From Azolla caroliniana (lineage: Eukaryota > Plantae > Polypodiophyta), in contig JBHGNT010000014.1 in NCBI GenBank assembly GCA_043228905.1, forward strand, positions 1,426,001 through 1,490,000: a DNA stretch of 64,000 bases, read 5' to 3'. The position numbers and the translations under genes were made by a program. Of the stretch, positions 27,348 through 39,954 are shown piece after piece. The notes under the pieces are model-generated. The model made no database searches. It had not been told where the DNA came from and was given only the letters and a program-made list of their open reading frames with translations. Every line of letters begins with the position of its first letter. Within the stretch, counting starts at the first letter, position 1.

Positions 27348-30300
27348 ACGTGAGCTCTCAAGTCCTTTGATCTCAGTCGGAGAATTGGACAAAGACGGCA
27401 TTCGTGCTAGCTTCTCATCAGGAGGGTGGACACTCCACACCCACTCCACAGGGGGAACCTCCTGCTTGCTCGAGGACCGAAAGTACATTCTCTGTACCCG
27501 CTATATGTCACACTCATAGAGGGTGACCTTTTCATGGTTAATATTCCTGTGTCTTCACTATGGCATGGACGACTCGGACACCTAAGCAAAGCCGGCATAA
27601 CGCATTTATCTAGAGACGCATACATCCCCAAACTCTCCTTCTCCGATCATCAGTTCTACAAGCATTGCCAATATGGCAAACAGATAGCCACATCACACCT
27701 GACAACAGCACCGATTTGGTCCACTCGGATTTCTGTGGCCCTATTCCACATCATTCTCTCAGCAATGCCTTGTACTACGTCAGCTTTATCGATGACTCGA
27801 CTCCCAAGGTGTGGGCTTATCCGATCAATACCAAAGATCGAGTGTTCTCGATTTTTTCCGAAGGGCTCGCTATGGTTGAGAACCAATCCAGTCAAAAGCT
27901 GAAATGCCTTCGAACCAATAGTGGAGGAGAGTTCAAGTCTGAAGAATTCATCAAATTTTGCCAACATCACGACATTTGACGTGAATATACACCACCGTAC
28001 AGTCCGGAGCAGAATGGAATTGCTGAGCAGATCAATCGGACAATTCAGGAAAGGATAGTATCCATGCTCCAACACTATGTAGTATGGACTATCGGATGGC
28101 TTCTGGGCAGAGGCCCTACTTACAGCAATACACATAATCAATATGTCACTGAGTAGGCCTCTAGGACTTCGAATACCTTACGAATTATGGACCGGCGGTA
28201 AGCCTAATTATGACAAGCTAAGAATTTTTGGATGCGAGCATACGCCCTCATACCGAAAGACGACCGCCACAAACTTGCACCAAAGACCAGGAAATGCATT
28301 GTCCTTGATTATGGACCAGACGGCGAGTTTGGATACCGACTCTAAGACCCCGAGCACAAACAAATCATTCGAAGTTCGGACATAGTGTTCAACGAGTCGG
28401 TTATGCATAAGACAACCGAAAGGCCTATTGAAGTCTAAAGGGTAGTTTTCTCAAACCTGCCCACCCTTCATGAAGGCCCATCCCATAACACGAGGTCGGC
28501 TTCAAGGGTAGCCAAATCCTCTTGAATCGACTCGGCATAGCCGAACGAGTCGGCTTTGGACCATCTGACTCAAACACCCGATGCGACTAGTCCAGTCATA
28601 CCTCGAAGATCCGAGAGATTGTCGCAACCCCTAGAGAGATACTCTCCTAGAATCTTCTTTACAGATGCCAGCAAACCGACGTCATACGAAGAAGCATCAG
28701 CGTTCGTCGATTCAGCCACATGGCATCTGGCAATGGAGTCGGAAATGAACTCCATTCGGGCAAACAAGACTTGGGACTTGGTCGAACTACCGAAAAAACG
28801 ATGTGCTCTTCCGTGCAAGTGGGTCTACATATTAAAAGAGATGTCTGATTCAGCCACCCCAAAATTCAAGGCCAAACTAGTAGCAAAGGGTTTCCGACAG
28901 AAATATGGCGTCGACTTTGACGAAATGTTTTCACCAGCGGTGAAAATGACTACCCTTCAATTTCTACTAGGTGTTGTGGCCGCCAAGGATTTGTGTTGAT
29001 TCCGCTAGATGTAAAAACGACATTCCTCCATGGTGACCTAGAGGAGGAAATTTATATAGAGCAGTCGAAAGGCTTTATGGCATCCAGCCAGGAACATCTA
29101 CTAGTCTACTGACTTAGGAAGAGTCTATATGGCCTTAAACAGGCACTGCAACAGTGGTACAATAAGTTTGACAACTTTATCCAAACAATCGGCTTCTCTA
29201 AGAGCGATGAGGACCCTTGCCTCTTCACGAAAACAGCTCAAGATGGGTCACCCATTTTCCTCATCTTGTATGTGGAAGACATGCTACTATCTAACAAGCA
29301 TGTCGGAGAACTTGCCGATCTTGTTCGGCAACTACTGTTGAAGTTCACAATGAAGGACCTAGATCCTGCTCAACACATTCTTGGAATGAAGATTAGTCGG
29401 CTCCGGAATCAACGACAACTATTCTTGTCTCAAGATGATTACATCATACGTGTCTTAGAGCGCTTCAACATGCAGTCAAATCTGCTTCAACCCCGCTCCC
29501 CATTAACCTTCGGCTATCTCAACGAGACTGCCCGAGATCCCGTGTGTAGGGGGAAGATATGAAGTCGATGCCATATGCACAGGCAATCGCCCCTTGATGT
29601 GCATGATGGTCGCGACACAGCCTAACATTGCTCATGCCGTCGGAGTCGTTAGCAAATTCATGCACAACCCAGGCCGATCACAATGGAATGCAATTAAGCA
29701 TGTATTCATATACCTGGTGGGCACACAAGACCTTGGCATTCTCTTCGGTCCAAACAAAAACTCAGGCATAGTCGATTACACCGACTCAAATTTCTCTAAC
29801 TATGTGGACAGTCGAAAATCAACAACCAGATATTGCTTCAAATTCGGCAATGGAGCAATTACGTGGAAATCGAAACTACAAGAGTGCATTGTCACATCAA
29901 CGACCAAGGTCGAATACGTATCCACATCTGATGCGGTGAAAGAGGCATTATGGCTCAGTCGGTTGGCGCACACGTTTCGACAAGTTGACTTCAACTCAGC
30001 TTCGATGACAGTCAGGGTGTTGTTCACCTATCAAAAAAGTTGGTTCATCACAACGCCTCCAAGCATATCGACATTCGATATCACTTTGTTGGGGATTGCG
30101 CCATTTTAGGGAAAATCAGCCTTGAGAAGATATCTACAGCCGATAATGTCGCAGATGGGATGAGCAAGGTTTTTTGGCGAATCGATTCCGATCCCTTCAA
30201 CACCAGATGGGCATAGAGAAGAATCAGTCTGATTGAGTTGGACATTTAGGACGTTCTCGGACAATCGACATCGAAAGTTCGAAGGTCGGCTTCAATTCTT

Positions 30301-33300
30301 CCGAGTCAGCCTTTTGTTCTCGAATTTTGCCTATTCGAACAAAACCGATATGTTCGATAATTTTGTATAGTTTGTAATTCTTATTTATTCCTTTTACAGA
30401 TTTTTTGGTGTATATGCCCATTACGGGGGAGTGTCGAATATAGTTCTCTAATGACCGTATTCACATTGTCCCTTTGGACAGTCTAGGTTTATGACATTTT
30501 TGTAAATATGTCAAAGGGCAATTGTCGTAGACCAATTAGTATATAAAGGGCTTTGTAACCTAGCTCATAAGGTTGTTGTTGTTGTTAGAGAGTGGTTGCC
30601 TCTAGTGTATTGTAACTGTTACACATGCTAACTCTCTCTCTCTCGGATTCTCTATTGTATCTTTCTTACACATGCTAACTCGGTGATCTTCATCTCATTG
30701 TGTTGAGAATCAAGCTCAACATAGTACAACGTGTGAACACACCTTTTGAGAATCCATGATTACTCAAAGGTCAAGAGTCACACCACTACTCTCTACACAT
30801 TAAATATGTGTCATAGAATCATATTCTATGACACATAACTAATTAATTACATATTCCCCATGACTATGAGTCTTCACATTCCCCAAGAGAGAGAGTGGTT
30901 GTTGTAGTTAGTTAATGAAGAGAGAGGGTGATTATATATAAAGCACCCTCCTCACACTTCATACTAAGTCGGTTATGACTCCTTGTAATGCTACAATTTT
31001 GTATCTCCATTCTACTTGTGAAATATACATCTTCTTCTTCTTGAGAATTTTATTTCTCTTGCTTATCTATCTTGTGTTCTCTTCTCTTCTCTATTTTTCT
31101 CTCTCACACACACACATAACACACATATCTATTCCGCTACACAAGAATCACAATCGATTCTTTACATGGTATCAGAACGATTTGGTAGCTCGATCTAGCC
31201 CATTCGCCTCATCGTGATGGCGTGTTGTGCTCTACGCCGACGTTCAAAAAGAACCGGCTCATCGCTATCGTAGTACCACTACATAGCTCGTGTTCGAGAG
31301 AGAAGGAAAAGAAGAAAGGAAGCTTAATCGACAATGAATACTCAAATGGGGAGCGCTCTCCCTAGCGAGAAGTTGGATCGCAACAACTTTGCATCTTGGG
31401 AGTACAAGATGCACCAATACCTTGTCGACCAAGGCTATTGGAGTTACATCAAGGGAACACAAGAAAACCAACCCGACCCGAAAGACGCCGACTATGCAAC
31501 TTGAGAGCAAGCAGCAAGCCAAGTGATGTATTGCTTGGAGATATGTTTTCACGACCACATGCGCGGTTACATTCGAGAAGCCAAGACACTGAAGGAAGTG
31601 TGGGACAATGTATGAAAGATTTTCGTTGCCAACACGAGTGCGAGAAAGCTTCAACTCTGCCAAGAGTTGAACAACATCCAACAACAGGGTATGTCCATTA
31701 CGAGCTACACCTTGAAGATCAAGGAGCTTTGTGATGCACTCAACTCGATAAGCGTCAATGTGGAGGATGACGAAATGGTGCAAATATGCCTCAGCGGCCT
31801 TGCACCACGGTTCGGCACGATGTGGACCGCCGTACTAACACAGGAGAATCGGCCCTCCTTCGATCTTCAATCCATGTTCTTGGTCGAAGAGAATCATGTT
31901 CGAACAAGGAGCAACACCTCGGAAGGCCACATGCTCTACACGTATTCAAACGGAGGAAGAGGACATGGTCGTGCAAGAAGAGGCTGATTCGGCCAAGGAC
32001 GAGACGGATGAGGCCCCATTTACAAAAACAACTCTCAATTACGGCAACAAGATGGAGGCCATCGATGAACCTTCGGAACAAGGGGGAGCCACCATTCCGG
32101 TTCAAGCCGACAAACCTCAATCGAATGCGGATATCGCGGCAAAGTCGGCCACCGCGAAGAAGAGTGTCGAAAGAAGATGCGTGAGTCATCTTCCACTAGT
32201 CGACAACTCACCAATTACACCGCCGACTCCAAGTACGATGACTACGGTGGATTATTTGTAATGAGACATAGACCAAATTCTATGTCGGCCTCTACTTCTA
32301 CTAGTGCCTCTGGTCCGGAATACGTATGGTTCGTCGATTCCGATGCCTTGAACCATATGACATCGCATCAAGAATGGTTCCGAGAACTTCGAGATCCGGA
32401 CCGACCCGGCTATGTCGAAACCGGAGACGACACTACGCACCCGATTCAGCACATCAGCAATGTTTCGTTCAGAAAAGAAGGTAAGCAAACTTACATTAAA
32501 AATGTCTTGCATGTACCAACTATCACTAAGAATTTGGTCTCCATCGGCCAAATTGTAGAGCAAGGAATGCAAGTTCGATTTAATCAAGGCGGTTGCTTCA
32601 TCGAAAAAGAGGGCCGACTCATCGCACGTGGATGAAGAGAGGGCCGAATGTTCATTCTCGACTCGCACAAGATGAAATCGGCCATGTTCGCAAAAGGCAC
32701 GAAAGCCGAGTCCGACATAGAGTTATCGCACAAGCAGATTGGCCATATCAACCTTCAAAAGCTCGAGGCGATGAAATCGAAAGGAGTCATCATCGGACTC
32801 CCGAACTTCAAAGAGAGAGAGATTGAAGGCGTATGTGCAGCTTGCCAATTCGGCAAGCAACATCGGCATCCATTTCCGAAGGAGAGGAATGTAAGCAAAG
32901 GCGTACTCGACGTAATTCATTCCGATGTATGGGGACCGGCTCAAACGGCGACATTCTGCGGATGATGATACTACGTGACCTTTATCGATGACTTCTCTAG
33001 GCACACTTGGATCTACCCGATGCGGCAAAAGAGCAAAGTGTTCGGACACTTCCAAAAATTCAAGAATGGAGTCGAAAAAGCTACGAGTCGACATGTACGG
33101 TACCTTCGATCGGATGGAGGCAAAGAATATTTCTCAGATGAGTTTACTGCATATCTTCAAAAAGAAGGGATTCCACGAGAATTTTCGTGTCGACATACGC
33201 CACAACAGAACGGAGTGGTTGAACACAAGAATCGGCACATCCTCAAAGTGGCACGGGCTATGCTTAACAAAAAGCACATGCCGAAATCGTATTGGGCGGA

Positions 33301-34794
33301 AGCAGCTAACACGGTCGTCTATCTCATGAATCGGTGTACGACATCCGGCATGCATGAACTCACGCCACATGAGAAGTTTTTCGGGAAGAAGCCAGATCTA
33401 TCACATGTTCGGATATTCGGCTCCATTGTGTATGTGCACATCCCCGACAAAAAGCGACAAAAGTTCGACCCGAAATCGGAGAAATGTATCCTCATAGGAT
33501 ACTCACTGGAGCAAAAGGGGTACAAGTGCTATAACCCCTCAACTCGAAAATCTCGAGTAAGTCGAGACGTCGTTTTCGACGAGTCCGCATCTTGGTACGC
33601 ACAAGAGACAACTTCGACCCCGATTCCGCTCAACTCGGAATCCTCCGAACAAGAGATAGAAGATGAATATCGGCTTACGCACATGTTCGAAGAAAGCCCA
33701 ATTACGACAAGGCTTAATGGACCACGAGAGGCCCCGAGCGATCAAAGCACATCTCGGCCGACTCCGAAGCTGGACAAAGGGAAGGCAAAAATGCCAGTAT
33801 GAAGATGATCATTTCAACAGCATCGAATCGACTCACTCCCTCGATAGTGAGTTCGAAGGCCTTGACATCCGGACAAATGGAGTGAAGAAATCCCTAGAAT
33901 CCGCAAACCATAAGCTCCGCCGATCCACGCGTGAAAAGAACCCCATAAGCCGATTCGGCTACAATGATTATATGGCGTACTATTACGCCCTTATGATGAA
34001 GGTAGCAACAGTATGGGAGACGGAAACCTTTTCTGAAGCCGTGAAGGACCTGTAATGGGTTGAAGCGATGAATGAGGAGATGCAAGCACTCTCCAAGAAC
34101 GAGACATGGGATCTCGTTCCCCACTCACCGCACAAGAAGGCAATTGACTGCAGATGGATCTACAAGGTGAAGTATAATGCCAAAGCCTCCGTAAACCGTT
34201 ACAAAGATCTACTCGTAGCGAAACGATACGCACAAACACATGGAGTCGACTATGAAGAGACCTTTGCCCCGGTGGCAAAGATGACGACGGTGTGGACCGT
34301 AATTGCACTCGTAGCGGCGAAAGGGTGGCACCTCCACCATATGGACGTCTAGAATGCTTTCCTCCAAGGAAAATTAGAAGAGGAGGTGTACATGGTACAA
34401 CCTCCCCGCTTTAAATCGCGCATTCATCCGAAAGTCGTGTGCCAACTCAAGAAGCCACTCTACGGCCTCAAGCAAGCATCGCGTGCTTGGCATTTGAAGA
34501 TTACGCAATATCTTCACCAAATTGGCTTTTGAATGTCGAAATCAGACAACTCCCTCTACGTCCGACATGACTCTAGAAGCTATATGTGGATGATCTAGTC
34601 ATTGGAGGTGAAAGTCTAGTCGACATCAACAAGTTCAAGTCCCTCCTCTCCGGAAAATTCGAGATGACGGACATGAAGGAGCTCTATTACTTCCTAGGCA
34701 TCGAAGTAATTCGGATTCCGACCATCATTATGATCTCTCAACGGCACTACATCCTCAACTTGTTATACAAGTTCGGGATGACTAAGTGCAAATA

Positions 34795-37732
34795 AGTTCC
34801 GAACACGACGCATGTTCCAAAACATTTGTCCTCCTTTGAAATGGTCGTCATCGTCCTCGAGTCATCATCAATCTTCTTTTCATGTTGGATGCGTTGTTTA
34901 GGCGTCTCGACTTCTTTAGATGGTTTTGATTTTTTTACGCTTGGTCTTACCAAGTCAATATCATCAAGCCATTGATGACGCATGTCGATCTTGTTGCATG
35001 GTTGCTTCACCGCAACCAGTCCACCACAAGCCCGTTCGCTTGGGTATCATCTTCGAGGAGAGTCCCCAACTCTCGTTTATCCTTCATGTCCACAGCCTTC
35101 AAGAAGTACAAAGTCTTGTCCTCCTCAAGCAGCACTTGGTCCGTGGCGGGGAGACGACGAAACATTTGGTCGAACTCGTCGTACACCCTCGAAGCGCTCA
35201 TCCTCTTATTCTTCTTTTCTATCTACTTCATCAAGGCATGTCGAGTCATCCTCGACAAATCTTTCGTCGCGAACTCCGCTAATATCGCTTTCTCAAACTC
35301 CGACCACGTTGTCTTCCCTTCTTGAAGCTCGATGACGCGCCTTTGGATGTTGTTGGTGACCACTCTCTTTAAACTTGTGATTTGACGCGCTTCAGACATG
35401 TCCCTCTGATTCATCTCCCTTCTATATGCATCAAGGAACTTCGTAATGTTCCTTCCGTCAAATTGACAATCGAGCTCCACGACACGGTCGACGGCCTTCT
35501 CCACGCTCGCATCGTTGTCTCGAGATCTCATCATTTGTTCGACGATCAGCATCATCCTTTCGAACTCTCCCTCTTGATTGCTTGAGGATGCCATCTCCAA
35601 GTATGGGTTGATCTTCGACTTGATCCTTCCTACCGCCTCTTTCACGTCGGGTTCACCAAGTAAGATGTCGAGGAAATCCTCGCGTGTTCGCAAAATGAAG
35701 CGAGACCACCAGGGTCTTGAACTGGAAGGATTCGATGTTTTTAGCAGTGCAAGCGAGAAAGTATTGAAGATAGATAGATGGATGAAGAGAGAGAGAGAGA
35801 TTGAGAGAGATTGAACCCTTGACTTTGGTTTTACAAGACAAGATACATCACCATTAGAATAACTCAAATCTTTGATTAAAGATTCTTTTTCACTTACATC
35901 ACTTCTCCTTCCTTACACAAGCCAACTATAGGCTTTTATAGGTCTCTCCATGCAAAAACCATGGGCTAAATCCACGGGCTAAAACCATGGGTTAAAACCA
36001 CAAGCCGAAACCATGGGCTAAAACCACGTGCTAAAACCATGGTTTTGTGCCCACGGTTTCTATATGTTTCCTTCCTACAAAATATTGAATATGAAGGGAA
36101 AATATACAAATTCTAAAGCACTCAATAGTGGCTTTAGTGGTAAGTTAATTTGTCTCTTACCTTGGAGGTGCAAGGTTCAATCCTTGCTTCCACCCCTATG
36201 TATGCACTTAAATGTTACTAGGCTTTAGTCTTATTTTTTATATTTACAATTGAGCGCACATCACACGTGCACATGTTTAACTTTACATCTAGCTTTTCTT
36301 TTACGATTCTCATTTCAATACTATTTACAACATGTTAGCATATGCGTGTGGCCTTCACCCCTTTCTCATGTGCACATTACACCTTCTTGATTTCGTTTGT
36401 TGCACACAATTTTCACACCGTTGCTGAAAATCTTCACGACATACACCCCCACCAAACCGCACGTCCTCTGGTACGTGCCAAGAAGAGAGAGTGAGATTTC
36501 GGCTACGGTGATCGTTACAATTCCTCCATTTCAAGCATGTCTATTCCTTTCACTCGAACCATTGTCGCCACCCAATCCACCATATCATTCGCTCATTCTT
36601 TGCTTTACCATGACCGGTTGTCATGGTCTCTTATTCTTCTTTCGAGCATATCCGTTTAGGCTTTATGCATGTACCACCTTTGTCCCGATCGTCTCCTCAC
36701 TCAAGGCACTTTGACCGGTCACACATTTTTGTTTTGTGTCTTTCTCCCCAAGCCTTTATCTGAATAATGATATTGACTACCCCATTTAGTACCTTCAAGT
36801 GCATGCCCACTTCGAGATCCTTACGCGACCATGCTCTATGTTTCTCACTTTGTCCATATTCATGGTACAATCTCATGTTAGAGTTCAAAATCTTCACACT
36901 AGCGTCTTTGCTAGATATTTTGATCACATCCTTCAGATCTTGATGGCTTGCTTGGCCATCACCATCCCTTGTCATAGTTTGCTCAAACTCTTTGTTGTAC
37001 ACATCAACTTTTGTCTCTATGCTTTGCTTGACCTCTTCCTCCCACACATCAGCTTCAACCCTTGCTTCTTCATCGTCATTGTCCTTCTCTTGGGTCTTAC
37101 ATCAGTTAATGCCCAAGTCTCCGGAACGAGTGTGGAGAGATCCATACGTATTTGTCGGCCACTCCCCAACTTGGTTATTTGCAATAGCTTGGACCTTCGC
37201 TTCCCCACCATCATCTTCTGTCTCTTGGGTCTCACGTTGTCTTTGATCCACAATTGCCCAAGTCTTTAAAACATGTGCGAAGGAATCCGTTTGTCTTTGG
37301 TCAATTTCCTTCGACACCTTTGTCTTGATTTCATCTTTCACATAAGATTTGAAATTCCCCTTGTTGCCACCTTCCGTCTCTTGGGTCTTCTGTTGGTTCT
37401 CAGATGCAACTGCCCAAGTCTCTGGAACCAGTGTGGGGAAAGTCTTGTCACTGCCATCATTCACCATCGACTCGTCCATATCAATCTTCGACTCGATGTT
37501 GTGCACACCGTCTTGGTCCTTCCCCTTACTACCACCTTCCATCTCTTGGGTCTCACGTTGGCTCTCTACAACTACCCAAGTCTCTAGAACTTGTATGAAG
37601 GAATCCTCAATGTGGCCATCTGCCATTAATTCTTTCATAGCCACCTCTGACTTGATGTCATTTCTTATGGCTATCTCTTCAATCTCATGGGCCTCGTACC
37701 CATTGACCCTCTTGATCGAGCAAGCTTCGATT
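34795..37732 (-). mobile_element. Gypsy A-related fragment, in minus-strand order: repeat-protein ORF, PPT, single LTR (36441-35666), tRNA-Trp PBS, gag
   Basis: LTR TGTCGTGAAG...CCTCGACA. PBS TGGTGAACCCGACGTGAA at 35658-35641. gag FDGRNITKFLDAYRREM is homologous to copy 3 FGGKNATSYLEAYRAEM. PPT GGTTTGGTGGGGGTGTA. Confidence 0.85.
35954..36045 (+). repeat. About 7 x 13-bp tandem repeat (AAAACCATGGGCT) in the LTR U3
   Basis: Directly visible degenerate tandem units just upstream of the minus-strand TATA (~35937). Confidence 0.8.
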
Positions 37733-37879
37733 ATGAAGAGAGAGGGTGATTATATATAAAGCACCCTCCTCACACTTCTCTTCTCTATTTTTCTCTCTCT
37801 CACACACACACATATCTATTCCGCTGCACAAGAATCACCATCGATTCTTTACACATTGTACTGTTGATGTTCTGAGTAA

Positions 37880-39020
37880 CAGCCTAAGTTCTCAACACTC
37901 TACTACACCATGACAACGAGATCACAATGCTTGAGCCATAGAATATCCTTGGTCCATACTATGAAAGAGCACTATTCTCCACAATCTCACTGTAGTCAAC
38001 TCTATGAAAGCCTTCACCATTTTTTCCAATTGTTTGAACCTAAATGTTTCATCATTGTACGAAGATCCAGCCATATGGAAGCCGTATGGAATATCTGCGA
38101 TGAGTAATATGTACTCTTTCTTCAGCAACATTTGGATCATGTCTACCACATCACCACAATAGACATTATAATATAGTTCTCATGTGAGATCCTTTTTGTG
38201 ATTGAACTTCTTAAAAGTACCGTCCTTCTCCACATCAAATGCCTTCACTAAGTGTCGGTCCTTTTCTTTTCATGTTCTTTCCAGGTGGGCAAGAAAGGAA
38301 GTTGGAAAATCATGTATGTCTTTGACTTCTCCAGGCTTCTTACTACAACATGGTTTCTATGTGAAAAAACAAAAGGAGTAATTCATACTTATACTTCAAA
38401 TATCTAATAAACTAGAAACACAAAATTCAAATATGTAAGATAACGCCTTAAAAGCAATAAGATATTCCAATAACACCTTGTATGAAGACGTAATCAAATA
38501 CTCTTCAGTCACTTGTTCCCAAGTTAAGCAACCAAGTTGCTTCATCATCACCTCTTGAAATTTCATATACACCTTGTGACTAGAAAAGAAAAACCAAACA
38601 TTAGCACTTATGAATCCAACAACGACAACCATTTATTCAAAATAAAAGTATTGGGCTTACTTGTTGAACTCGATGACCATTTCTTCTAAGCTCATCTCTT
38701 TTGCCACAAGTCTAGACAAGACAGACACAAGTAACTGCTCTTCTTTTATACTCTGCATAGCTCTCCATTGTGTTAGCTTCATGTCGTTTGTTGCCTCCTC
38801 AATTATCAGATCAATCTTCTTCGCAACAATTGACTTCAATTCAAGTTGTGGGTCAATTTTACTCTTTTTTTGTTGTTAACCCTTCACCTCCTTGTTTTCC
38901 CACATCATAAAGATCAGATCTTGTAAATCCTAGACAACCCCATCTCTAAAGGCAAGTTGGAACCATGACTCATACTTACGAATACCATCAGACTTTGCCG
39001 CATCGTCCACTACAATCCCA
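37880..39020 (-). pseudogene. Decayed spliced gene fragment, DNA amino-methyltransferase-like (beta-class N6A/N4C motif III-IV)
   Basis: YNVYCGDVVDMIQMLLKKEYILLIADIPYG. GT-AG intron 38660-38580 joins exons in frame. In-frame TGA stops. Confidence 0.55.
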
Positions 39021-39389
39021 ACTTCATGAAGACATTGACGTCGAAATTGTGGAAACAACTTTGGTCCACATCTTTGCTTGACATCTAAGTATTGTAAAAA
39101 GTGACGTGCGGACGCATATAGACACAGCCGGCTTTGGCGGATAACAACAGAAAATATGCAGGTTTAATAGAGAGCTTCTAAATACACAGAGAGTACGCGG
39201 GAGAGACAAAGACAGAGAGAGCGGAACACACAAAAACTATATTCAAACTACTCTGTAGAATCTGTACATACAATGTGCTCTGTGAGCACTATTTATACAT
39301 GTCCATATAGGACAAACAGAAGTACCGACAAGTACTTCAATGCTCATAATTGAGCTATGACACTAACTCCCAAAAATATGTCTATCTAC

Positions 39390-39580
39390 TAGGCTAGGAT
39401 CATAGGACTCTAACGGCCTACAGTTTACACACTGACCCGGCTCTTTGTTCCGGATACCGATTCAAATGGATCAGCTACTATATAGACGATTATCAGTGAT
39501 GATCTGACAAGCCCAATCACCCCAAGAAGATCTGAACGGCTGTCTCAGCCACATGAGAGATACTCTCACGATCTCTTCTT
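39390..39580 (+). mobile_element. Short Copia 3-family fragment (IN-RT linker)
   Basis: Similar to 12469-12545 (SPI.PRRSERLSQP.ERYS). Confidence 0.6.
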
Positions 39581-39746
39581 GGGTTGATAGTCAGCTTGAT
39601 CTTAAGTACCTCCCTATGATGAGGAAAGGCGACATGGTCATTAATTGTAGACATGCCTAAATTCAAGGATCTGCGCCGGACACTCTTTTGATTTTATATT
39701 TTTCTTCATCCTAACATCTTGCACCTTATGTAACGAGGTCTATCAC

Positions 39747-39954
39747 TAGGAATCGGCAATAGTTCGGTTTCGGCTTAACTGGTTTAGCCAAGTTGATTAA
39801 GCCTTAACCTGTTTGGCCCAAATTAGTTCGGTTCGGCTTGAGCCATCCCAACCCGGGCTCAAACCAGTTAAGGAAGCTCAAGCTTAAACCAAACCAAACC
39901 AAAAATGGTGTAACTGTTCGGTTTAGGCTTGAGTCAAGCTATTGTCGATTCCTA
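39747..39954. mobile_element. hAT-type MITE
   Basis: TIRs TAGGAATCGGCAATAG / CTATTGTCGATTCCTA; 8-bp TSD TCTATCAC / TTTATCAC; internal TTCGGTT repeats. Confidence 0.8.

Larger units (their letters stand above)
18705..30721 (+). mobile_element. Ty1/Copia element 4, an older decayed relative of Copia 3 (pieces ~18705-19173 and 27348-30721; 3' LTR 30432-30721)
   Basis: Collinear nucleotide similarity to 10615-11173 and 11214-14330. Same ATTACGGGGGAG-TGTCGAATA PPT/LTR start. Many stops and frameshifts. Confidence 0.88.
30732..37853 (+). mobile_element. Ty1/Copia element 5 (5' LTR 30732-31166, PBS 31167, decayed gag-PR-IN-RT to ~34792, 3' LTR remnant ~37733-37853)
   Basis: TGGTATCAGA PBS; SDGGKEY, TPQQNGV, YWAEAA and DYEETFAPVAK. 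The 3' remnant matches 30915-30960 plus 31080-31166. Confidence 0.88.

Noticed and set aside
30727-30731. TSD for Copia 5 (CAACG vs CATTG at 37854)
   Set aside because: Only 3 of 5 bases match; compatible with decay but not supportable.
35641-35658. tRNA-Trp gene fragment
   Set aside because: Only the 18-nt 3' end including CCA, adjacent to an LTR; it is a PBS.
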